This document shows positions 28,043 to 37,870 of a stretch of DNA of 46,258 nucleotides, one piece after another. The notes under the pieces are model-generated. The model was not told the origin of the DNA, ran no database searches, and saw only the letters and a list, made by a program, of their open reading frames with translations. The position numbers were made by a program, and so were the translations under genes. Origin of the DNA: an uncultured bacterium (GTDB lineage: Bacteria > UBP4 > UBA4092); the NCBI GenBank assembly GCA_964644695.1, contig CAZXWN010000003.1, positions 248,001 to 294,258 of the forward strand. Reading direction: 5' to 3'. The number at the start of each line of letters is the position of its first letter. The first letter of the stretch is position 1.

Positions 28043-29476
28043 ATGACAAGAAAAATAGACTTACCTGAAATCCCATTTGAAATAACAATGACCGGATGTT
28101 CTTCCCATGCGGAAGGAATCGGCCGGTATGACAACAAAGTTATCTTTGTAGAGGGCGGCCTTCCCGGTGAACGGTGTATGGTGAAGGTGTTCCATCGTTC
28201 CCGAAAAATGGCTCGTGCCAACCTGGTTGAAGTATTAGACCCATCTCCGGACCGGGTAGAACCTCCATGTCCCTATTACAAGGAATGTGGCGGATGCCAG
28301 TTGCAGCACATGGGGTATGACCGCCAGAAATCATTGAAACAGCAATCTGTTCAAGACGCCATGCGGCATGTTGGGAATCTGGATGTAGAGGTTCTCCCTG
28401 TGATTGGGGCGGACACCATCTACGAATATCGTAATAAGATGACGTTTCCTCTTACCGTAAAAGATGGAAAGATTCGTTTTGGATTACACCGGCGAAACAG
28501 CTATCGGGATATTGTGGACTTGGAAGATTGTTTTCTGATTGAACCGGGGATGAGGGATTGTTTAAAGAAGGCCATGCAGGTGCTTAATGAGGTCCTTCCT
28601 GCCTCCTCCGTTTATTGTTACAGTAATCGAGATGGTAATCTCCGATATTTATCCATTCGGTCTTTTGCCGGGAAAGTTGTTTTGTTGCTGGTGATGCGTG
28701 AATACCTGGAGGCAGAGGCGAATCTTCTGGGTAACCGGTGGGTGAATGAATGTGGTGCTTCCGGAGTTGCTTTTTATGAGAGCCCGGATGTGAACGAATA
28801 TGATTGGGGAATGCGTCCCGCCAAACTCATGGTAGGTGAAACTACCTGGCCTATTCCGTATGGGGATATTATTGGGACTGCGGGTCCATTGACCTTCCTG
28901 CAAACGAATTCGGCTATGACCCGAAAGCTTTATGATTATGTTTTGAGTATTCCTGTACAAAATAAGGAATGTTTGTTCGATGGGTATTGCGGCATTGGTC
29001 TTTTCAGTCTGGCTTTAGCAAAGGAATATCAACATATCATCGGTGTTGAGATTGATCCCAATGCGATTGCTACTGCCAATGCTTCCTCTGCGCAACATGG
29101 TTTTGATAACTGCCATTTCCTGGCCGGCCCGGTTGAGCATGTCCTGCGAATCTATGGCAATCCACTGGTAACCAATCCCAAACCCTTAAAACCGGAAGTG
29201 GAACACCTCAAGGAAGAGGCTTTGAGCCGTCTTGGGTCACGTAAAATCACGACTGTGATTTTGGATCCACCCCGGGCAGGATGTCATCCGAAGGTGATAA
29301 AACGGTTAGGTGAAATCCAGCCGTTGGATATTATCTATGTGTCTTGTCATGCGGCGACACTGGCCCGTGATTTGGGTGGACTTGTTTCTCTGGGATATAA
29401 GATCCAGTCTGTTCAGCCTTTTGACCAGTTCCCTCAGACTTTCCATGTTGAGACGGTAGTGCATCTTCGCAGATAA
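28043..29476 (+). CDS. rlmD: 23S rRNA (uracil-C5)-methyltransferase, RlmD/TrmA family
   Basis: TRAM domain, CPYYKECGGCQLQH Fe-S motif, YRNK, FLQTN, DGYCGIG, DPPRAG, YVSC and DQFPQT.HVE. Confidence 0.93.
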   Translation: MTRKIDLPEIPFEITMTGCSSHAEGIGRYDNKVIFVEGGLPGERCMVKVFHRSRKMARANLVEVLDPSPDRVEPPCPYYKECGGCQLQHMGYDRQKSLKQQSVQDAMRHVGNLDVEVLPVIGADTIYEYRNKMTFPLTVKDGKIRFGLHRRNSYRDIVDLEDCFLIEPGMRDCLKKAMQVLNEVLPASSVYCYSNRDGNLRYLSIRSFAGKVVLLLVMREYLEAEANLLGNRWVNECGASGVAFYESPDVNEYDWGMRPAKLMVGETTWPIPYGDIIGTAGPLTFLQTNSAMTRKLYDYVLSIPVQNKECLFDGYCGIGLFSLALAKEYQHIIGVEIDPNAIATANASSAQHGFDNCHFLAGPVEHVLRIYGNPLVTNPKPLKPEVEHLKEEALSRLGSRKITTVILDPPRAGCHPKVIKRLGEIQPLDIIYVSCHAATLARDLGGLVSLGYKIQSVQPFDQFPQTFHVETVVHLRR

Positions 29477-29496
29477 ACTGATTTATTTCAGATAAT

Positions 29497-29537
29497 AAAA
29501 AAGAGGAACAACCTTGAGTTGTTCCTCTTTTGTTTTT
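29497..29537. terminator. Bidirectional intrinsic terminator between convergent genes
   Basis: aaaagaggaacaac / gttgttcctctttt stem with A- and T-runs on both sides. Confidence 0.88.
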
Positions 29538-29547
29538 GTAACGGTAA

Positions 29548-30399
29548 TTAAGCTTTATTGATAAGATCGCGGATGGCTTTGACTTCGTGGTCCGCCGTTT
29601 CTACATCGTTCGCCATGGCGTGGCACTCTGAGGACAGATATCCTTTATATCCCATCTTCTTCAGCTGTCGGAATGCCGGGAGATGGTCACAGCCGCCTTC
29701 ACCCAGCAGAGTATGTTGGAAGAACTCTTCACCATGGACTGTTGTGTCACGGAAAGTACGGGGGAGATTCCCATGAGGGACCCGGAGTTCATCTTTGACA
29801 TGGACATGATAGATTCGGTCGTAAAGAGTTTCAATCGCTTTTTCAGTATAGTCAGTATCCGTAATATACATATTCCCGGGATCGAGCAACAACCCAACAT
29901 TGGGTCGATTGATTCGGTCCACCATTGTACGGGCCGCCTCGACTGTTTCAATCAGGGAGTTATTATGGATTTCCATAACTAGTTTTTTGTTGTGCATCTG
30001 GGCCAAATCGCCCGCTCGCCGTAACCATGTCACGGATTTCTCGATATGGTAACTATGGGCATTTCGGATGGAAGGTCCACCACACCAGTGTCGTATCGTG
30101 GGTGTTTCCAGAATGTCCGCTACCCGGAGATAGTGCTGTAATAAATCTATCTGGTGATGGCATTCCTCATCGGATAGAACAGAGTATCCCCCGGTGTAAG
30201 TCGCTAAAGATGAGCAGGGGAGTTTAAGGTCATCTAACAGTTTTTTGATTCTTTCAACTTCCGAAAAGTGAGTTTCATCGGTCAGGTGCGGAGTCCGACA
30301 CATAATTTCTATGCCATCATACCCAAGCTCTGCAATTTTGCGTATAGCTTCGTCCAGATGTGTGTGTTGAAAGACAATGGTGAAGATACTTGTTTTCAT
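29548..30399 (-). CDS. Sugar phosphate isomerase/epimerase (TIM barrel)
   Basis: GYDGIE, MEIH, LDPGN, HVHVKD, LGEG and GYKGYLSSE. Confidence 0.9.
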   Translation of the reverse strand: MKTSIFTIVFQHTHLDEAIRKIAELGYDGIEIMCRTPHLTDETHFSEVERIKKLLDDLKLPCSSLATYTGGYSVLSDEECHHQIDLLQHYLRVADILETPTIRHWCGGPSIRNAHSYHIEKSVTWLRRAGDLAQMHNKKLVMEIHNNSLIETVEAARTMVDRINRPNVGLLLDPGNMYITDTDYTEKAIETLYDRIYHVHVKDELRVPHGNLPRTFRDTTVHGEEFFQHTLLGEGGCDHLPAFRQLKKMGYKGYLSSECHAMANDVETADHEVKAIRDLINKA

Positions 30400-30476
30400 T
30401 TAACAGGTCTCCCTCCAGGTAAGGAGTCTCTTTGTAAATGGTATAACTTTATTAAGAATATCATAGCTTATTGTCC

Positions 30477-31799
30477 CTAATCAGATGTTTTAATTAGAGG
30501 ATCTGACCCTGTCAGGAAGTACAGTTGATCCAGTGTTAAATTGTAGTTTAAACAGGCTTGTGCGTGGTTTGCTTCTGCCTGGTAGCGAAGTGCAACGGCT
30601 TCCAGATAGTCCTGTTGCGTTCGTTTGCCTGCCCGATAAGCTAAATCCATTATTCGCTCATTTTCCAGTGATGAGGTTAACTCTTTTTGCGTAAAAGATA
30701 TTACTTTCTGGGCAGCCTCCAGTGTCAGCCATTGTGAATCTAATTCCGACTGTATTTCCCTCTGGGTATCACTGAGGATGTAATCAGCCATTTTTAGTGA
30801 TTCACGAGCTTGATTTACCTGATAAAGGGTCTCACCACTGCCAAAGAATGGAAATGACATGACCAAGCCATAGGCGTAACCACTATCTTTACCTGTCATA
30901 TCTTTTTTGTACCAGTCTTGCATTCCCATGAAGGATATCTGGGGGAACAGATTGGCTCTGTTTTCCGATACAGACATCCGGGCTGCCTCCCTTTTAATAG
31001 AAAGGGCGGAGTATTGAGGGTTAGTGTTCCAGACCCTTTGATTCAAGGATTCGCGTGAGAAGGGGTTTTGGAGAGGTTCTAATGAGTCTCCCTTTAAAAC
31101 TAATGGAGTGTCGGGTGATAATCCTAAAAGGGACCGAAGACGGACTAAGGCTGTCTGGTAATCCGTCTCTGCCATTACCTTCATACGTGAGGCTTTTGCC
31201 AGTTCGGCTTCATCACGGAGAACGGTGGTCTTTGCCGTTTTGCCTGCATTGAAAGCGGTCTTTGAATTTTCCAATCTTTCAGAAGCCTGGAGCTCCATTT
31301 GTTGATAAGCGGTTATCTGTTTTTGTGAATACTGAGCCATCCTGAAAGACTCTTTAACCCGCATACTTAGTGCCAGCTGACTTGAATAGAGGTCTTGTCG
31401 GCTGGCCTGATACAAATATCGGGTTTTCTTCATTTGAGCCAGATTTCTTCCTCCGGTGAAGAGAGGAATCATTACCGTAATGTCTTGAAGCCAGAAGTCA
31501 TCTGGCATGGTCATGACAGTGTTCCTGGGCATGGAGGGTTCAATAGAACTCATCAACATTGTCATATCCGACCGAGTTAAATAAGTGTTGGAAGACACTT
31601 TTGGCAGAAAGTTTGTAAAAGCCATCTTCTCGTCGAGCCGGGCCATATTTGTATTGGACCGACTCATCATAATGGAGGGGTGTGATTCCAGAGCCTGATG
31701 TACAGCTTCCGACAACTGAACTTCTATCGTGTTGCTTCCTAGTACGATTGAAGCCGTAAGGTGAAAGATTGTCAGTATGAAGAATATTTGTTTATTCAT
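30477..31799 (-). CDS. TolC-family outer-membrane efflux protein
   Basis: Signal peptide; LSEAV..AL..HP, FLPKVS, IPLFTGG and a second repeat LFPQIS; overlaps the RND stop by 8 nt. Confidence 0.9.
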   Translation of the reverse strand: MNKQIFFILTIFHLTASIVLGSNTIEVQLSEAVHQALESHPSIMMSRSNTNMARLDEKMAFTNFLPKVSSNTYLTRSDMTMLMSSIEPSMPRNTVMTMPDDFWLQDITVMIPLFTGGRNLAQMKKTRYLYQASRQDLYSSQLALSMRVKESFRMAQYSQKQITAYQQMELQASERLENSKTAFNAGKTAKTTVLRDEAELAKASRMKVMAETDYQTALVRLRSLLGLSPDTPLVLKGDSLEPLQNPFSRESLNQRVWNTNPQYSALSIKREAARMSVSENRANLFPQISFMGMQDWYKKDMTGKDSGYAYGLVMSFPFFGSGETLYQVNQARESLKMADYILSDTQREIQSELDSQWLTLEAAQKVISFTQKELTSSLENERIMDLAYRAGKRTQQDYLEAVALRYQAEANHAQACLNYNLTLDQLYFLTGSDPLIKTSD

Positions 31800-34700
31800 A
31801 TTTGGAACTGCCTTTCCTTTTCTGCCGGAAAAACTGGATCAGGTCATCAATGTAAGTGTGCATCAAGGGCACATCAAACAGAGACAGGATAGTCCCGATG
31901 ACCAATCCTCCAATTATCACTGTTCCCAGGGGAGAGTAGGCATCCATTCCTGTTCCGGGAAAGAAAGCCAGCGGAACCATTACGATGATTGTGATTATGG
32001 AAGTCATCAGGATAGGACGGAGTCGCTGCGGACAGGCTTTCACAACCGCCTCATCACGAGGCATTCCTTCCTGCCGATACTTATTAATCATGTCCAATAA
32101 CAACACTGATGTAGTGGCATCCATCCCGGTCAATATAATCACCGCCATAATGGAAACTGTGGAGAAGTGTTGTCCTGCCAACCATAAAGCGAAGAATACC
32201 CCTGCCAATTCGAGAGGCAGGGACGCCACCATTTGGAATGGTTGAATAAACCCCTTAAATTGGGCTACAAGGACCAGGTAAATCAAAAACATTGCGATAA
32301 CCAAGCCCAGTAATAAGCGGTTAAAGGAATCCATCATCTGGGTCATATCCCCGCGCATTTCGATTCCGTATCCCGGAGGAAAATTGAGTTTTTCAATAGC
32401 TTTCATCATCACTTCCATGGAGATGTCCATGGAAGGGGCTTCCCCTGGACGGTAAAAACCTGTGATGGTCTTGATACGACGAAGTCCATCATGCTCAATC
32501 ATGGAAGCTGTATTAGACCGTTCGATTGTGGCAATAGACCCTAAGGGGACAGTCATTCCGTTCATTCCAGTAATAGTGACAGATTCCAGGTCATTCAGAC
32601 TTGTTCTCTGATTTTCTTCATATCGAACCAAAATAGTGTTGTGCCTAATATTGGGAAGACGATAATATTCATCTGTGAGGCCACCCTTGGTAGCATAATA
32701 AACCTGTTCAGCGATCTCCATGGGTGTCAGCCCCAGCTCTGCAGCTCTTCGGGTATCAATGCTGAGTTTGTAGGAAGGCTTGGTCAGTGACCATGAAGTC
32801 CCTGGTTGGTAAAGTCCCTGAGTGCTTTGTGCCGCCTTAAAAACTTCATCGCCCATCTTGTCTAAAATGGGAAGGTCTGTTCCATAGACCATTAGTTGAA
32901 TCGGAGCGGCAGAAGTGGCCATGACATCAGACCCCATCTCTTTGATTTGGAATCGTCGGATACCGGGAATCGTTGCAAGAGCCTCTTTCTGGATACCGTC
33001 CATCACATCCCAGATGGATTTCTTCCGAACATTTTTATCAGATAGAGTGAACATGAAAGTCGCTGCATTCACTGCGGGCATGGCATACCCGGTAAAGAAA
33101 GGGCTGAAAGATTCATACATGGATTCCATCCCGACTTCTGTAGAAACTTTCTCGATTTCAGGGTTTTTAGAAATGATTTTCAGGATTTGTTGAGTGGCCT
33201 TTTCTGTCTCTGTGAATGAGGTGCCAGGCTGCATTTCAAGCACTCCGTAGGCCTGTCCTACATCTGCCAGGGGCATCATCTCGCTCCCGATAAAATTATA
33301 GAAAGTGATTCCGATGATGACCGTCACAATGATTCTGACTAGATTGGAAAACCTGTGTTTGAGGACCCACTGAATAGCCTTTCCATAGGCATGGTCCAGA
33401 TGGTCCAATGCCTTTTGGGAAGGGGACATCAATGTTCTTTCAAACCAGGTATCTGGTTTGTTCGGGTCTGGCAGTTTCAGAAAGCGGTCTGCCAGTAAAG
33501 CTGTTAGTGTGAAGGAAACGAAAGTGGAGGCGATGAGACCCATAATAATAGGCCAGACTAATTCCCGGAACATCGCTTCTACAATGCCGCCACAGAACAG
33601 CAATGGAGACAATGCCAGAATGAGCATTATCGTTGTGGAAATAACAGCCAAACGGACTTCGCTAATACCTTTAATGGTGGACTCTCTGACGGAGAGGCCT
33701 TTTTTTAAATAACGCTCAATGGCGTGTATATCAATAATCGAGTCATCAACCAGCCTTCCGATTGAAAGAAGTAGCCCGATCAATGTGCCGCTGTTCAGGC
33801 TCATTCCAAAAGGGACTAAACCCAAAATAGCGATACCCAGTGAGGTGGGAATTGTGACCAGTGAAATCAAAGCCCCGCGTCTGTTACCCAGGAAAAACAA
33901 GACCGCCAGTCCTGTCAGGAGAATGGCTATTCCCAATTCAACGAACATATTCTTGAATAGAATATTTACAAAATGGGCATTGTCATACGCAACGCTGAAT
34001 TTTACACCGGGATATTCTTTTTCAATCTTTTTGAGTTCGGCGTTCACTTTGGGGACTATCTGGGAAGAGCTGGCTTCCGGACTTTGATATACCGAGACTT
34101 CTATCCCTGGGCGGATAACGGATCCTTCTGAATAAAAGTATCCACTCCGTTTTTCCCAGTGAGTATCCACGACTTTAGCGATATCCCGAAGATAAACGAC
34201 TGCCCCGTCTTTCCCTTTAAGAGGGATGTTTTCTAAGTCTCGGGAGGACCTCGTCAGTGTATCGATGCGGATGCTGGTTTCTCGTGGACCTTGTGTCAAA
34301 ACGCCGCCTGTCTGGCTGACATTATATCCATCTACGGCCTTTTTTACATCCAAAATAGAGATTCCCTGACTGGCTAGTTTGTCTCTATCCACACGGACTT
34401 GAAGTTGACGTTTATATCCTCCGAATGGGACGACTGAATAAACCCCATTGACTGTTTTAAGTCTATTTAAGACCTGGTTGTCAGCAAACTCTCTCAATCG
34501 TTGTTCATCCCATCCGGTGGCTTCCATGTGCAGTGACAGAATGGGTGTATTTAATGGGTCAATAGGAATGACCCAGGAAGGTTTTAAATTGGCTCCGGTC
34601 ATTGGCAGGCTGGCCTGAATAACATTCATCAAAGACTGAATCTCGATGACGGCTTTCTGCATATTCGTTCCATAGGGAAATTCCAGAGATACCACAGACA

Positions 34701-35004
34701 GGGATTCCTGGGAGGAGGACCGTATGTACCGAGAACCTTTTACATGGACTAGCTGTTCCTCAATAGGCTTGGAAAAGTATATTTCCATTTCTTCCGCAGA
34801 TAATCCGGGCATGGAGGTTACAACCGCCACCATGGGGCTTTCGACATAGGGCATCATTCGCCGGGGAAGATAAAACCAGACGGCCAGCAGTGCCGCAATA
34901 AATAAACCCAGATAGACAACAATCACGGTTTGAGGATGTCGAATGGACCAGCGAACAATGCCCCCGGTATTTTCTGCGGCGTGTTGATGTAATGAATCCA
35001 GCAT
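31792..35004 (-). CDS. RND efflux permease (AcrB/CzcA/CusA superfamily), Met-rich
   Basis: 1070 aa; PGLSAEEME...KPIE, GRLVDD in TM4, RLRPILMT in TM11, two large periplasmic loops. Confidence 0.95.
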   Translation of the reverse strand: MLDSLHQHAAENTGGIVRWSIRHPQTVIVVYLGLFIAALLAVWFYLPRRMMPYVESPMVAVVTSMPGLSAEEMEIYFSKPIEEQLVHVKGSRYIRSSSQESLSVVSLEFPYGTNMQKAVIEIQSLMNVIQASLPMTGANLKPSWVIPIDPLNTPILSLHMEATGWDEQRLREFADNQVLNRLKTVNGVYSVVPFGGYKRQLQVRVDRDKLASQGISILDVKKAVDGYNVSQTGGVLTQGPRETSIRIDTLTRSSRDLENIPLKGKDGAVVYLRDIAKVVDTHWEKRSGYFYSEGSVIRPGIEVSVYQSPEASSSQIVPKVNAELKKIEKEYPGVKFSVAYDNAHFVNILFKNMFVELGIAILLTGLAVLFFLGNRRGALISLVTIPTSLGIAILGLVPFGMSLNSGTLIGLLLSIGRLVDDSIIDIHAIERYLKKGLSVRESTIKGISEVRLAVISTTIMLILALSPLLFCGGIVEAMFRELVWPIIMGLIASTFVSFTLTALLADRFLKLPDPNKPDTWFERTLMSPSQKALDHLDHAYGKAIQWVLKHRFSNLVRIIVTVIIGITFYNFIGSEMMPLADVGQAYGVLEMQPGTSFTETEKATQQILKIISKNPEIEKVSTEVGMESMYESFSPFFTGYAMPAVNAATFMFTLSDKNVRKKSIWDVMDGIQKEALATIPGIRRFQIKEMGSDVMATSAAPIQLMVYGTDLPILDKMGDEVFKAAQSTQGLYQPGTSWSLTKPSYKLSIDTRRAAELGLTPMEIAEQVYYATKGGLTDEYYRLPNIRHNTILVRYEENQRTSLNDLESVTITGMNGMTVPLGSIATIERSNTASMIEHDGLRRIKTITGFYRPGEAPSMDISMEVMMKAIEKLNFPPGYGIEMRGDMTQMMDSFNRLLLGLVIAMFLIYLVLVAQFKGFIQPFQMVASLPLELAGVFFALWLAGQHFSTVSIMAVIILTGMDATTSVLLLDMINKYRQEGMPRDEAVVKACPQRLRPILMTSIITIIVMVPLAFFPGTGMDAYSPLGTVIIGGLVIGTILSLFDVPLMHTYIDDLIQFFRQKRKGSSKYE

Positions 35005-35023
35005 CTTGAGTTTATCCTCTCAT

Positions 35024-36610
35024 TTAGTGGTGCTGGTGGCTGGCGGGCATGGAATCCGTGGATCCCATGTTGGATTTTGTTGGAGGCGGTGGCAACTGGA
35101 CGGGGCCGTTATCCGTCCATTCAACGGGCCAAACCCGAACACCCTCAGAGACATTTTCCTTGCCACGGGTAATAACAATATCTCCTTCTGTTAATCCATC
35201 CAGAACTTCAACCCAATCGCCAGCTTCGATTCCCAGGGAAACAATGATTTGCCGAACATTTCCGAAACTGCCTTTCGGTGGAGCCGTTTTCTTGACCAGA
35301 GTCATGCCACATTTGGGACATTTTCCAGGCATACTTTCATGGATTTCTGGATGCATGGGGCAAGTATAATAGGTCTCTCCGGATTGTTTATTTTCTTCAG
35401 ACATAGAATCTGTCTTCATTGTGGGGGTATCGGGAGTGTACACCCAAACTGCGGTGGTGTCCTGACTGTCAATTCGTACAATAGCATCACGGGGGACAGC
35501 CAATACTTCCTCCCGGGTTTCACCAAAGAGTTTAATCGTGACGGATTCTCCGGGATGAAGTTTGTGGTCGGGATTTGCCAGAATCCCTTCCACGGTAACT
35601 GTTCGAGATTCTGCATCAGCAGAGGGGAAAACCGCAGATACTTTTGTGGTGAGGATTCGATTTCCTGCCGTTTTTATCTGGATGTTATTTCCCTTATGTA
35701 TCTGTTCTGCCAGGGCAGCGGGTATCTTTACTTGTACTCGTAATCGGTCATTTTGGATGATTTTCATCAGGGTCATTCCTGGTTCTACCAGGGTTCCCGG
35801 AGAAACCATCCGTTCACTGATTGTCCCAGCAATGGGGGCTTTTATTCGGGTGTAGTCACGGACAATCGTACGCATTTGACGATTGGCTTGGGCCATTTCC
35901 TGTTGTGCATTGGATTTATCGAGGGAGGCTTGTTTGTTTTTAATCATTGCCTCGGCTTCCTTTAACATCATGGAAGCCTTTCGTTGATTGGCCAGAGCTG
36001 ATTGGTATTTGGCCGTGGCGTCTTCATGTTCATCTTTGGATATGGCGCCATTGGTATAGAGCATTTCGGACCGCTTGATTTCCTTGACCCAGTAATCCGA
36101 TTCTGCCTGAGCCATGTCCAGCTCTGCCTGCGCTGCTTCACGCCGGGCGATGGCTGCGTTTAGTTCTTCCTTTGCCATAGTCTGTTCCCGCAGCATGGCA
36201 GTCAATCCGGCCTCGGATTCTTTGACTTGAGCGTCCAGTTCAGCAGTGTCTAACCGTGCGATTAATTGTCCAGCGGTGACCTTGTCTCCAGGATATCCAG
36301 GTAAGTCGATAATTCTGCCCGTAACACGGGCTTTTATCTCCTGTTCGTTGAAGGCTACCAGTGTTCCTGAATAAGAATACTCTGAAGAGAGGTTTTGGTA
36401 TTGGACAGTATCTAATCCCACAGGAACATATCCGGTGATGGCTCCCATGGATTCCATGGTCATGGGTTTCCCACTTTCAAGAACTCCCATCTGCATCGGA
36501 TTACGGTACTTTTTTACAACCCAGATACATCCAATCAGCGTAATCGTTAATAAAAGTAAGGATGGCCAATGTCGGCGGGTAAAGGTTAAAAACGATGGAA
36601 TTACAGGCAT
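35024..36610 (-). CDS. RND periplasmic adaptor with heavy-metal-binding domain (CusB-like)
   Basis: Start moved to ATG 36610 (RBS AGGA). Lipoyl half-motifs, long hairpin, IKAPIAG, YTCPMHP...PGKCPKCGM.L and a His-rich C-terminus. Confidence 0.9.
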   Translation of the reverse strand: MPVIPSFLTFTRRHWPSLLLLTITLIGCIWVVKKYRNPMQMGVLESGKPMTMESMGAITGYVPVGLDTVQYQNLSSEYSYSGTLVAFNEQEIKARVTGRIIDLPGYPGDKVTAGQLIARLDTAELDAQVKESEAGLTAMLREQTMAKEELNAAIARREAAQAELDMAQAESDYWVKEIKRSEMLYTNGAISKDEHEDATAKYQSALANQRKASMMLKEAEAMIKNKQASLDKSNAQQEMAQANRQMRTIVRDYTRIKAPIAGTISERMVSPGTLVEPGMTLMKIIQNDRLRVQVKIPAALAEQIHKGNNIQIKTAGNRILTTKVSAVFPSADAESRTVTVEGILANPDHKLHPGESVTIKLFGETREEVLAVPRDAIVRIDSQDTTAVWVYTPDTPTMKTDSMSEENKQSGETYYTCPMHPEIHESMPGKCPKCGMTLVKKTAPPKGSFGNVRQIIVSLGIEAGDWVEVLDGLTEGDIVITRGKENVSEGVRVWPVEWTDNGPVQLPPPPTKSNMGSTDSMPASHQHH

Positions 36611-36738
36611 CTTCAATGTCCTTTTTATTCCTGAGATAACCCTCTTTTTCTCATTATGACTAAATTGGTTAAACAGGTCAACATAAATAGAGATACCGTT
36701 AACTATATTGTTTGGGATGACGCAGAAGGGATTACGGT

Positions 36739-36763
36739 AAAATATAAACAATGTTTATATTTT
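36739..36763. promoter_or_regulatory. Perfect 25-bp palindrome, candidate operator between the RND operon and galTK
   Basis: aaaatataaaca-a-tgtttatatttt (12-1-12). Confidence 0.5.
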
Positions 36764-36809
36764 TATTCTGTTTGTTTTATGATGATTCAATAAGGAAAGA
36801 GGTAACAAG

Positions 36810-37850
36810 GTGAGCTTTTTTCAAAAACCCCACAAACGCTACAATCCATTGACCGGGGAGTGGATATTAGTCAGTCCCCATCGGATATCCCGACCCTGGC
36901 AGGGCAAGGTGGAAGAGTTGCCCCCGGACACCCGTCCCGAACATGATCCGAAGTGTTATCTATGTCCCGGCAACACACGAGCGGGTGGCCATCAGAATCC
37001 TGAATACACGGAGAGTTTTGTATTCGTCAATGATTTTTCGGCCCTTCTGCCGGAAGTCGCCCCGGAAACATACAATATTGAAAATCTTTTGATGGCGCAC
37101 AGTGAATCCGGCGAATGTCGGGTGATATGTTACTCACCGAAACATAACCTGACTCTGGCGGAAATGACTCAGGATGAAGTACGGAGAGTCGTGACTCTCT
37201 GGATTGACCAGTTTAAGGAATTGTCTGCCCGTCCTGATATTAATTATGTCCAGATATTTGAAAATAAGGGAGCCATTATGGGATGCAGCAATCCCCATCC
37301 TCATGGTCAAATCTGGTCCACCCAGACGATCCCTCTTGAACCTGAAAAAGAAGAACTTCATCAATCTATTTATGCCGAACAAAACCCGGGTAAATGTCTT
37401 TTATGTTCCGTCCTGGAAACTGAACTGAAACAAAAGGAACGAATCGTAGTCGAAAATGATACCTGGGTTGCCCTGGTTCCGTTTTGGGCAAAGTGGCCTT
37501 TTGAAACCCTGGTCCTTCCGAAACAACATCATCGCCAGTTACCGGAATTATCCGAGAACGAACAACATGGATTGGCCGATATCCTGAGCCGAATGACCAT
37601 TAAATATGATAATCTGTTTAAGGTATCCTTTCCGTACACCATGGGATTTCATAATGCGCCCTGTGATGGAAAAGACTATCCGGCGTGGCATCTCCATCTG
37701 CATTTCTATCCACCGCTGTTACGGTCTGCGACGGTTCAGAAATTTATGGTGGGTTTCGAAATGCTGGCAAACCCACAACGGGATATCACCCCAGAATCCG
37801 CAGCTCAACAGCTTCGGGAATTGTCTGAAATCCATTATCGGTTAAAATAG
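36810..37850 (+). CDS. galT: UDP-glucose--hexose-1-phosphate uridylyltransferase
   Basis: [39 protein letters not shown] and [12 protein letters not shown] start with RBS GAGG. Confidence 0.97.
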   Translation: MSFFQKPHKRYNPLTGEWILVSPHRISRPWQGKVEELPPDTRPEHDPKCYLCPGNTRAGGHQNPEYTESFVFVNDFSALLPEVAPETYNIENLLMAHSESGECRVICYSPKHNLTLAEMTQDEVRRVVTLWIDQFKELSARPDINYVQIFENKGAIMGCSNPHPHGQIWSTQTIPLEPEKEELHQSIYAEQNPGKCLLCSVLETELKQKERIVVENDTWVALVPFWAKWPFETLVLPKQHHRQLPELSENEQHGLADILSRMTIKYDNLFKVSFPYTMGFHNAPCDGKDYPAWHLHLHFYPPLLRSATVQKFMVGFEMLANPQRDITPESAAQQLRELSEIHYRLK

Positions 37851-37870
37851 TCCATAAACGGTGAATAAGT

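Noticed and set aside
36611-36751. N-terminal extension of the RND adaptor in the ORF track (similarly for 5357, 11121, 15463, 18223, 20769 and 23863)
   Set aside because: Downstream ATGs have an RBS and give proper signal or TM N-termini; the extensions run through intergenic DNA or the neighbouring gene.
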